This document shows positions 13,101 through 25,300 of a stretch of DNA of 64,000 nucleotides, in pieces (the stretch's first letter is position 1; every line of letters starts with the position of its first letter). Source of the DNA: Octopus bimaculoides. Lineage: Eukaryota. The position numbers were made by a program, and so were the translations under genes. The DNA lies in assembly GCF_001194135.2 (NCBI RefSeq), contig NC_068998.1, forward strand, positions 54,682,528-54,746,527, read 5' to 3'. The notes beneath the pieces were generated by a model, which saw only the letters and a list, made by a program, of their open reading frames with translations, did not search any database and had not been told where the DNA came from.

Positions 13101-16100
13101 GCCTATAATGCTGTTGTTACTGTGCTGATTTGGGGGTGAGGAACTTGGAGCTGAAGATACAGCTTCAGGTAAAGCTTTGAAACCTGTAATTGCTGTCTTC
13201 TGAAAGAAGTCTGGATTTTGTATTAAAAATCTAATTTTTGCTGATTACATAGTGTTTTTATTTATTCTAATGTTCTTAAATTGTCACAAAAATACCTGTA
13301 AAAATAAATTTATGTTTTAATTTCCAATTTGAATATTCATAATTACATTTTCACAATAAATGTAATTACATTTTCCCATATATTTGCTAAAATGTTCGTT
13401 AATGCTGGTTTATTAAATTACACTTAATTCAATTCAAACTTGAAATGTAAGACAATTAGCCAGCCGTGGGGGTAGTTGATTAAAATCTCCTCTTGAGTAC
13501 TTGGCTGATATTTCATTTTATCAACCTTAGGAAGACGAAAGACAAAGATGAGTTCAGCTGGATTTGAAATCAGAATGTGAAGAGCTGGAACTGTCACAAG
13601 ACATTTTGTCTGGTACTCCAACAATTCTACAGATCCACTGCCTTTTTTTTTTTAAGAAACTAATGATATTCATTTCTAACTTTGTTGTGAAGCCCCAAAT
13701 GTGTAGCTTGGAGTAGAACTGATTAAATTAATCACATAGTATGCTGCTGGTAATTAATTTGTTATAATTAACCTCAGAGTCTTGATAATGAAAGACAAAG
13801 TTGTTGTTATTGTTTGGCCTCAAGTCAGCCCTGTTTCATCTGACTTATGATCAGATTTATCCCAAACATGACCACTCCATTTATGTAGAGGGCTCATAAT
13901 TGAGTCAGTGACTGTGCTCCTGTACCACTAAATTTAGCCACACTTAAGACATTCTCACCTTCCCCCTCTCCTCTCTTTCTTACTAGCACCCCATACAATC
14001 TCCTGCCCCCCTTTTATTGATCTGTCTTCTTTATTCATCTGTCAGCATCTTCTTTATAATTCCTTTATGACTGACCATGATTTACTCTATACTGCTTCCA
14101 TCTCTCTATTGATTACCCACAACATTGCTGTCTTTTTAATCTCTCCCATTTAATCTCTTCTTCATTAGACATTGGCATCCCTTCAATCTAACCTACTTCT
14201 CTGTTTTCATTGCCATTTTTATCCTCCTTCTTTTTTCTTTCTTTAATGTTGTTAACTGATGTCTTTTAATTACTACCTCTTCCGACCATCAACCCCCACC
14301 CTTCTCCCTCCATCCCATTTCACTTTAACCCCACTGAACCTTTCTCTTTTCTTTCCCTATTGAACTTATATTCATAAATACTGTTTTCTGATCAGGGTAA
14401 CATGATCTTGCTTCAGATCTTACCGAATCATGCTAATCCAGACACCTACAATGTTATTACATAATATACATAGTTATGGCACCAGTCATTGTTCATCCGA
14501 AACAGCTGTAAAGATAACACTTGATTGTAGTGTTCACTTATTTCTGTATGCAACCCACCATGTAAATACACTCTTGATGCCTACTTTTGTTTATCACCTT
14601 TCCTGCTTTCATCCATACACATACACACAACATCATCATCATCATCATCATCATCATCTTTCCTAGCTCACGTGGATTGAATGGCTTGACAAAATGCAAT
14701 GGGTTTGGAGGGGCATACTTTGTGTGTGTGTACATGTTTGTCTCTCACTACTGGGTAACCAATATGGGTTTGTTTGTGTCCCCTGTAACCTAGCAGAATA
14801 TCAAAAAGAGACTGATGGAATAAATATCAGCAAAACACATTTCAATCCACTATGGTGTTGCCATCCGGTTTCACCAGTCCTCAGTCAAATCGTCCAACCC
14901 ATGCTAGCATGGAAAGCGGACGTTAAACGATGATGATGATGATGATGATGATGTACCTTTTCAAAAAAGTGTGTGACCTTGTTTACCCTCACCACCCCCA
15001 CCACCACCACCCCTTCCCATGCCATGTGTTCCCCTTCAGACATTAACCAACAAGGTGATCATGTTGGACGCCAACCTCATTAATCTCAATAGTCTGTGAC
15101 AACCGGTAGAGGTCATGGCTGCTATAGCACAGATAACAACAGCAACAGCAACAAACAAAGACAGAAATCAATATCAATGACACAAGTTGTTCTCTGTAAA
15201 ATTTTTCCAGACATTTCAACTTCAGCCATTTATTTCAAAATTGCAAAAATCTTTGAGACATTATTTTATATAAATTATTTTGTGTACTGTCTTCACAAAA
15301 AGCTTTTTCCTAATAATTGTGTGTGTGTGTGTATCGGTGGCACATAAAAAGCACCATTTGAGTGTGGTCATTGCCAGTGTCGCCTTACTGGCACATGTGT
15401 CGGTGGTATGTGGAAAACAACATTTAAGCTTGGTCGGTGCCAGTGCCGCTGGACTGGCTCCCGTGCAGGTAGCACGTAAAAAACACTTTGAGAGCGTGGT
15501 TGTTACCAGAACTGCCTGACTGGCCATCATGCCGGTGGCATGTAAAAGCACCCACTACACTCTTGGAGTGGTTGGCGTTAGGAAGGGCTTCCAGCTGTAG
15601 TAACATTGCCAGATCAGATTGGAGCCTGGTGCAGCTTTCTGGCTCGCCAGTCCTGAGTCAAACCATCCAACCCATGCCAGCATGGAAAGCGGATATTAAA
15701 CGACGATGATGATGATATATATGTTTGTCCTGGCATCCGCAATTTGGAGTTTTATCATGGCTACCGAATAATTGTCACATGGTATCTGGGTTGAGTGGAT
15801 TCAGCAGATGGAAATTGGAAGAAGTTCTTCATCTGTGTGTGTATGTACGTGTGCATGCGTGTGTGTGTGTGTGCACTAGAGTTGTAAAGAAATGTCACCA
15901 TTATGCAAACAGTGTCCTTCATTTCCATTTTTCTCTGGAAACTTCTCTGGTCATGGAGGAATACTACTTAGGTAAGATTTGAACTTATGATGATGATAAT
16001 GATGATGAAACGATCATAAGTTCAAATCTTACCACAAGAGCCAGGCACCAGTTCAACTTGTTCAAGTTTGTTTAACCAGAGAGGAAAAAAAAATGAAAAA

Positions 16101-19100
16101 AGGAGCAGGTTCCAGTTCCACTTTACACCTAAGTGTTTAGCAATAGGAAGGGCATCCATTATAAAACCATCCGTTCAAAAGAACAAAAGAAAAAAATATC
16201 CTGCTCTTGGAAGAAAAAAAAAATCTTAATTTATAATTTTTAAGTATGATTCTGAATAACATATCCAGTTTTTATTTACAGAGATGACCAACCGCTGGAA
16301 AGTACGGATGGTGTGGATTTGTCTGAGTCTTGCTCTTTCAATACTTCTGATTCGAAAGCTTGGAGGCTAAATCTTAATGGGGAAAATGTCGACAAAGAAC
16401 AACACCAAAAAACAGATGCTCCCAGAGATATTATTGGTAAATCATTTAATGTTTAAACATTTCTGAAATCTAATTTAGTAAGTTACATCATCATCATCAG
16501 CAATTGGGGATGCAAGGTATTAGATAAAGGACAGTAAAAAACGACTGTAATACAGGGTGGCCACAAGGTCTGGGTGCATGGAGTAAATAAAATCATAACA
16601 TAAACAATTGAATATAAGAAATAATAATTTCTTAAAGTATGTGCTAATCCCCATGTACCCAGACTTTGTGGACACCCTGTACATTGTCATAATTTAATAA
16701 TAATAATAATAATAATCCTTTCTACTGAAGGCACAAGGCCTGAAATTTTGGGGGAGGGGACTAGTTGATTACATCAAGTCCGGTGCGTAATTGGTACTTA
16801 TTTCATTGACCTTGAAAGGATGAAAGGCAAAGTCGACCTCAGCAGAATTTGAACTCAAAATGTAGCAACAGAGGAAATACCACTAGGCATTTCACCCAAC
16901 CTTAATAATAATAATGATAACAACAATAACAACAACAACTTTAAAGATTATTTTTGCAGTTTTTCATTTTGTTAGAAACCAATTTATTCCATGCCCCCCC
17001 CCCTTCCAATCCATTTTACCGTCATTGCAAGTCTCTCTTGATCATTTTGCATGATGTGTTTTTACCTTTTGCATCCTCTTCTTACAAAGACAACATTTCA
17101 AGCATCCAATTGCCAGCGATATTATTAACTTGATTAAGTTCAGACCCTTTTTTTTCACTACCCTATTTTCATTTTTATGCATCCAGCAGATCATTCTTTA
17201 CAGTTCTTCGAAATTATCCACCTTTGTTTTCTTTGTCATTTTCTTTTTTTCTTCTTTTTCTGTCCTTTTTTTTTTTGCGTTCCTTTTTGCTTTTTATGGT
17301 GGTACAGCACCACACAGTTCCTGATATATAATACAGCAATACAAAGCTTTTTCCACGGAGCAAGAACACATTTGTCGTAAATAATGACAAATGTTCTTTT
17401 AACTGGTTCTGAACATCACTAACTTTATATTTATATATACATACATACATACATGTGTNNNNNNNNNNNNNNNNNNNNNNNNNNNNNNNNNNNNNNNNNN
17501 NNNNNNNNNNNNNNNNNNNNNNNNNNNNNNNNNNNNNNNNNNNNNNNNNATATATGTATATAATGTCTGCATGCATGCACAAACACACACACACAACTGT
17601 ATAGTTGTGGTTTTGGAAATAAGCTAACTCACTTATTTCACAGCAAATAGGGTTTTAACATCATTATGTGTTTGTGAAAACATTGGATTATCGTGTGCAT
17701 TGTAGTGAGTTGATGTTTATCGCTCATTGAAACACAAAGGTCTTTTGTTCGACCAATAATTTCCCAATGTTTCTAATAACAGCTTCAGGTTTTTATGAAT
17801 ACCAGTGGATTAACTTGAACGTTTCTTCACAATGCTTCAGCCTTTACAAACCAAAGAATGGTTACCACTAAGTTGTCACTTGACCTGCTGCAAGTAGTGA
17901 CCAAATCTCCCTCAAATCGCACCCTGCTGTCTTAAAAGAAGGATGTATTCATTGAGTTATATAATTCTAGGTATGATATGTCTGAACAAAAGAGGGGATG
18001 GCCAAAGCTGCTCTATCTTTGGTTTATAAGCCTTCAGTGCAGCATTGGGGCTAAACAACGACAACATCAGCATTTTCATGCTTTAGGTCATTGCCAGTGC
18101 CACCGGACTGGCTCCTGTGCACCTTTTGAGCATGGTCGTTGCCAGAACCGCCAGACTGGCCCTTGTGTTGGTGGCACATAAAAGCACCCACTACACTCTT
18201 GGAGTGGTTGGCGTTAAGAAGGGCATCCAGCTGTAGAAACTCTGCCAGATCTGATTGGAGCCTAGTGCAGCCATCTGGCTCACTAGTTCTCAGTCAAACC
18301 GTCCAACCCATGCTAGCATGGAAAGCAGACGTTAAACAACGACGATGATGATGTTGGTATTTGGCTGTGGAGGTAATTATCAGGAATTGGAATGTGAACA
18401 TTTTGGAATGAGACGATTAGGCACAGGTGAATGGCCATTGGACCTGTTTTGGCAAAACTACTTTTTGGCATTAGCAGTAACCATACAGGTGCACATGGAT
18501 AGAAATATACACATACAGATGGAGAGAGAGGGGGGAGGGAGAAAGGGAGTCATGTATATATATATAAACACATCTAGATGCTCAAACATATAGAGAGAGG
18601 GAAGGAGGGAGAGGGAGAGAAGAAGAGAGGCATTGAAATAAGAGAAACGTTAAAAAATGTCTGATGGTAAATAAGTGATGCCAAATAGGCAGCACCAAAA
18701 TGGCGGCACCAAACTGACTCATACTCTGGACATTTGACTTGTAATAACTAACTGCCTGCAACATCATATCTTCTTTTTAATGTTCTCCTTATTATAACCA
18801 ATACTCTTGTAACTGGACGAATCTACCAATTCTTATTTGTCTATATAAACCTCATTCTGTGGAACGTAACTAATTCTGTATCAGGCATCATGGTCTGATT
18901 AACAAAAATATTCATTATTCATTCCCTTTTGCAATTATAATAAACGAAGGTCACAGTTTCAAATCCTGACTTCTTTACATGAGAAACTTGTATATTATGG
19001 TTGATTTTCCTCTCCAACCAAAGAGACTCCAGCCATGACTGTCCCGCCTTTTTTTTTTTTTTTTCTACAAGTGTAGAGGATCTGGTTTATTGAAATATTT

Positions 19101-21468
19101 TCTATCTCCTCTGCTTCTCTCAGGTGGTGTAGCTGCCTTGGAAGAGGAGTTCACAGATTCCACAGCCCTAAATGTATATCTAGAAATGGTTCTTCATCAA
19201 AAGGAAAAAGAGCTCAAAAATAAGAACAACTTCCAGAAAAACGACAAAAAAGTAAGTTTTTTATTTTACTTAAAAACACTTTTATTGTAAATAATAGATG
19301 CAGGCATGGCTGTGTGGTTAAGACGCTCACATGGCAACTGTGTAGTTTGGGGTTCAGTCCCACAGTGTGGCACCTCAGATATTACCATCCTGTACACACT
19401 TTTCTGCTGCTCAACAACATGCATCTCAATTCCTTCAGCTTCTTTGGGGCCAATTTTGGACACTTTGTGAATTGCACCAACAACCACTACAACTATTTTT
19501 AAGTCCGGCACTTATTCTGTTGCCCCCTTTTTCCAAACTGCTGAGTTACAGGAATATAAACAAACAAACACCAGTTGCCAAGCACTGTTGGGGACACACA
19601 TATATGACAGGCTTCCACACAGTTTTCGACTACCAGATTCACTCACAAAGCTTTGGTCATCCCAGATCTCTAAGTTGAAGGCACTTGCCCTAGGTGCCAT
19701 GCAGTGAGACTGAACCTGAGACCATGTGGTTGCAAAGGAAATGCCTTCACTTCATTGCCATGCTTGCACTTGTTCGTTCTTCTCTCCACTTTTATATCTG
19801 ATTTCAATAATATGAAAGTGTGTCCAGAGAAATTCCATAAAAATTCTTTTACACCCAGCCAGCCTCTGGCTCATCTTCACACCACCATTTTTTGTCACTT
19901 CAAATTCACTGACGACTTGGCTAACATCTTAATAAACTCTTTAACTGACACAGCTATACCTGTATTATTTTTGTTATTTTAGTTTTAAATTATATTAATT
20001 ATACATTAGAATGATTTGGGCTGTCAAACGAGGGATTAGTCCCAAGTGTTGCCTGGCATTAATTACCAGTCAAAACCAGTTTGCTTCATAGTTGCACTTG
20101 TTTGCTGGCAAATGATTTAATCTGAGTTCATGTGTTGATATTGAAACAACTGCTGCTGAGAAGAATTCTGATGTCCATTTAAAACATCATCATCATGTGT
20201 CCATTGTCCATTCTGGCATGGGTTGGACAGTTTGACCAGGGCTAGCAAGCTGGAAGACTGTACCAGACTGTGGTCTGATTTGATATGGTTTCTACAGCTG
20301 GATGCCCTTCCTAATGCCAATGATTTCAAGGGTGTAATGGATGCTTTTATGTGCCACCAGCACAGGTGCCATTTGCACGATACCAGTATCTGCTATGATT
20401 AGAACTTCACTTGGCTTGATGGGTCTTCTCAAGCACAGCAAATTGCCAAAGGTCTCGGTCATTTGTCATTGCCTCCGTGAGGCCCAACACTTGAAAGGTA
20501 CTTTTTATATGCCACTGGCTCGGGTACCAGTTATAAGGGTCAGCTATGACTATGATTTCAATTGGCTTGACAAGTCTTCTCAAGTACAGCATATTGCCAA
20601 AGGTCTCAATCACTAGTCATTGCCTCCATGAGGCCTAAAGTTCGAAGGTCATGCTTCACCACCTCGTTCCATGTCTTCCTGGGTCTACCTCTACCACAGG
20701 TTCTCTCCACAGTTAGAGATCGGCACTTCTTTACACAGATGTCCTTGTCCATATGTGAAGTCGACCTCGACAGAATGTGAACTCAGAACATAGCAGCAGG
20801 CGAAATACTGCTAAGCAATTCACCTGGCCTGCTAACGACTCTGCCACTGTGACACTAGCAGTGTCTTTTCATTTCCAACCTTCCATGAATAACCAGGTCT
20901 CGCAGGGAAATATTACCTTGCTTGGAAACACCTCAATATATTCCATTCAACCCATGTAAACATAGAAAGTGGACATTAAAATGATGAGGTAAGATTTGGC
21001 TACTATTTCTTGCAGGTCAAACAGCACTGCAGAGACTCTTGCATTGTTTTTATGAGATTTTATCTTGTTATACATTTCTACCTGAAGGCTGTAGCCATTC
21101 TGGGGCACCACCAGAAGAATTTGATATGTCTATATGCAATTTTTTATTTTTATTTCCCCACAGACAGAAAAAGAAAACCGATCATACAGCACCATGCTAG
21201 GGTGTAGCACTGGTAGCAAAGTGTCTCCTGGTGCCGTCACACAAGTGCCACAGCAATTACTGAAAGGTATACAGGCTGATGCTATAGAGAAATTACAAGC
21301 AATGTTGGAAGTTCAGTCTCCGGAAAAATGGATTGCCGAAAACCAATGTGAGAAAATATGCGAAAGCATCGTGGAGATTCCTCAACAAGAAGTAACGTTA
21401 GATATTTGGGACTTTGCTGGTCAGGCTGTCTATTATACCACACATCAGGTAGGAAGCTTTACTTAATT

Positions 21469-21507
<39 letters not shown>

Positions 21508-21529
21508 CACTACTACCACTACCACCAAC

Positions 21530-21579
<50 letters not shown>

Positions 21580-22263
21580 NNNNNNNNNNNNNNNNNNNNN
21601 NNNNNNNNNNNNNNNNNNNNNNNNNNNNNNNNNNNNNNNNNNNNNNNNNNNNNNNNNNNNNNNNNNNNNNNNNNNNNNNNNNNNNNNNNNNNNNNNNNNN
21701 NNNNNNNNNNNNNNNNNNNNNNNNNNNNNNNNNNNNNNNNNNNNNNNNNNNNNNNNNNNNNNNNNNNNNNNNNNNNNNNNNNNNNNNNNNNNNNNNNNNN
21801 NNNNNNNNNNNNNNNNNNNNNNNNNNNNNNNNNNNNNNNNNNNNNNNNNNNNNNNNNNNNNNNNNNNNNNNNNNNNNNNNNNNNNNNNNNNNNNNNNNNN
21901 NNNNNNNNNNNNNNNNNNNNNNNNNNNNNNNNNNNNNNNNNNNNNNNNNNNNNNNNNNNNNNNNNNNNNNNNNNNNNNNNNNNNNNNNNNNNNNNNNNNN
22001 NNNNNNNNNNNNNNNNNNNNNNNNNNNNNNNNNNNNNNNNNNNNNNNNNNNNNNNNNNNNNNNNNNNNNNNNNNNNNNNNNNNNNNNNNNNNNNNNNNNN
22101 NNNNNNNNNNNNNNNNNNNNNNNNNNNNNNNNNNNNNNNNNNNNNNNNNNNNNNNNNNNNNNNNNNNNNNNNNNNNNNNNNNNNNNNNNNNNNNNNNNNN
22201 NNNNNNNNNNNNNNNNNNNNNNNNNNNNNNNNNNNNNNNNNNNNNNNNNNNNNNNNNNNNNNN

Positions 22264-22333
<70 letters not shown>

Positions 22334-25300
22334 AAGACACTCGTTTCTGTCCTTCCTATTCATACTTTGACCTCTCGTCATTTGGCACAAAGCCACCTCC
22401 CTCAATACAACTATTTAGTAAAATAGCTTTGTCATTATTAAGTTGGTGTCTGGAACATAAGATTTTGAAGGTTTTTATTTAAATCACTTTAAATCAAGAA
22501 GTTTTTTTATGAGGGAAGGAAGCAGGGGTGGCCCTCAAGCTGGCTTGGTTACAAAAGGGTTAAAATGGTAGTCAGACTTTTGATTTCTAGATCTTAAAAT
22601 GGTGACTGCCTGACTTTGTCACAATTGTTAAGAACAGCATGCTCTAAGATAAGGCATTCCAGCCATGACCATCCCATCTTTTGAAATGTTACATCATTGA
22701 TAGGTATGATTTGTGACTGATTTGGTTGTTATTTCCTAAAGTCAAGCAACTATGTAGAGGCTCCCTTGTTATCAGTGAGGGTGAGCGCTTAATTACATAT
22801 CCGACTAACAAAGTTAATGTTCACCTTGAATTACTCAGAGACAAACGGTAACTAGAAATGCCATATGGATTAAATGCGTTGTTCTGTCAACTTCATTCAA
22901 AAATTTGAATTCAATAGATTTAATAAATGGCATTTAGACAGTTACCATAATGTAAATATCTATGTAAATTATATATAATTGCCAGTGCTGATGGTGTAAT
23001 TAATATAGCTATTAATGAGGGCGGAGTTAAGTGGCAAATCAAACCACTTACAACTGATTACTTCAAATAACTTCCTGTAAATTCTCAAGAGATTTCTTTT
23101 AAATGTTAAGCATTGACAAAGAACCTAATTTTAATTACTAAGCATCGATAGAATTCTTTGTCTGATTTATTAAACATTTGTAGAGACTCGTACTTAATTA
23201 ATAAATATTTATAGAGACTCCTAATTATATTCATTAAGAAACATTTATTGAAAATTTCAATCAATTGAAATATTGCTTAAACCAGTTGAGCTGAGTTGAC
23301 AGTGTGTTGGCAACATTTGGTTAATGAGTTGATGGTTTGTGTTGGCAACATTTGGTTAATGAGTTGATGGTTTGTGTTGGCAACATTTGGTCAATGAGTT
23401 GATGGTTTGTGTTGGCAACATTTGGTCAATGAGTTGATGGTTTGTGTTCTGTCTTTTGTCTTGGGCTGGAGACCATTCAGTGTTGTTATTATCGGTCGGA
23501 ATATGCTTGAGGCACGTTTGAACTGGTGAACAAGCTACTCACTGCATGTTTGTCATGGAAAATATACCCCGTTGGTTGACAGATGGTGTGTATACACCTA
23601 GATCAGCTCATAGCACCACCTACATAGACCAAAGAGGAGATAATCACTCTGAAATGCTTGCATCTTACAGTCTGGGTAGGTGGCGCTGTGAGCTGATCTA
23701 GGTGTATACACACCATTTGTCAACAAGCAAAATATATTTTCTGTGTCTCAAGCATATTTGGATTGATAATAACATTACAATTTTACTTATCATTGCTAAG
23801 CACTCCCCCCCCACCCACCATTATTAACTGTTGTTGGGTCCAGTCTTTCGGCTGTAGATAAGCACCATGCTAGAGCACTGCATGATGGAGCTGTATTTTG
23901 TTAGTTTGCAATGTTTCATTTGAATTTCTCCCATCGTAGGTGAAACCTGGTGCAAGAAAGGCCCCGTACAAAACTGAATTTCCTTAGCCGTTTTGATGCC
24001 ATTACATTTGAGATTGCTTTTGATTGGAAACAAATATCTCTGCTTGTATGACAGTGCCTCTCATTTACAACAGCTATCACATAATGTCAAGACACAAACA
24101 CACATACACTCATACTCACATATATACATACACTGTATACATGCACACACACAGAGTAGGCTTCTTACAGTTTCTGTCTACCAAATCCACTCGTAATTCT
24201 TTGGTCAGCCTGGGGCCATAGTTGTAGACACGGTCCAATCTCCCATACAGTGGGACTGAACCCTTAACCTTGTGTTTGGAAAGTCAGCTTCTCAACCACA
24301 CAGCCATTCCCATCTCCCTAATTAATCAATTTACTCTGCCATGTCCTGTAAATTGTTATGTAAATTAGAACAACCATTCTCCTCCTTCTCACATACAGAC
24401 TGATTCACATTCATGAACTTTGCCACATTTCTATAACCCTAAACGACCCATCTGCTTTTATAGCCACTGGACACACTGTCAAGATGTGTTCACGTCTTTA
24501 TAAAATCTTCAGTTTCTTAATGACATTTAACTTTTTTTTTTCTCTTTATTCTAAAATAAAATTCCTGTTTTCTTTTTTCAGTTATTTTTCGTTTTTCCTA
24601 AAGACCTTTGATTCTCCTTTAACATTAACCTTCAGCCTCTAAGCAAAGATTTCTTACCAATTACTATTTTTTCAAAGTTCTTTTTCTGTTTCTTTTTTCC
24701 TTTCTCTAAACTATTTCTCTGTGCTTAGCTCCATGCTTCCTTGCCATATTCTTGCTTCTTGAGGACTCTTATTCCAACTATGCAATCACTGTGTATTTTC
24801 CATTTTTTATTTAAATACTTTTGTATTTTTTTTTTCCTATGGTTCACTATAAGCAATCAGTTTTTCCACATCTCTATTATATGTCACAATCTTACTTACG
24901 TAAGCTTTTTCCTTTTCTCCATTTCTCCATAAATTACAGCTGTTCGGTTATGATAGTTGATATCTCTTGTTTGCAATAATCTCTTGATATTCCATCCAAT
25001 TATAAAGACAATAAAAATCTCTTTTGCTCTCTCAAGATAAACGAGTTCACTGCAGATCTAGAAATGGTAATAGGTGGAACTGGCACGAAGGTAGTGCAAG
25101 CAAATCCAAAGACCCAGTTTTTTTATCATATGACAGTGTTACAACTACTACTACCACCACCACCACCACCACCACCACCATTTAATAATAATGATGATGA
25201 TGATAATGATAATAATAATAAAAAGGAATTAGAACCCTGAATGGATGAAAGGCAAAGTTGATTTCAGTGGAATTTGAACTCAGAACACAGAGACGAACAA

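Noticed and set aside
23303-23448. 35-bp direct repeats as a CRISPR-like array
   Set aside because: Units are head-to-tail with no spacers; eukaryotic minisatellite.
25037-25066. 30-nt phase 0-0 mini-exon candidate (INEFTADLEM)
   Set aside because: Plausible AG/GT ends, but it lacks the missing Roc strand motif; unsupported without cDNA.
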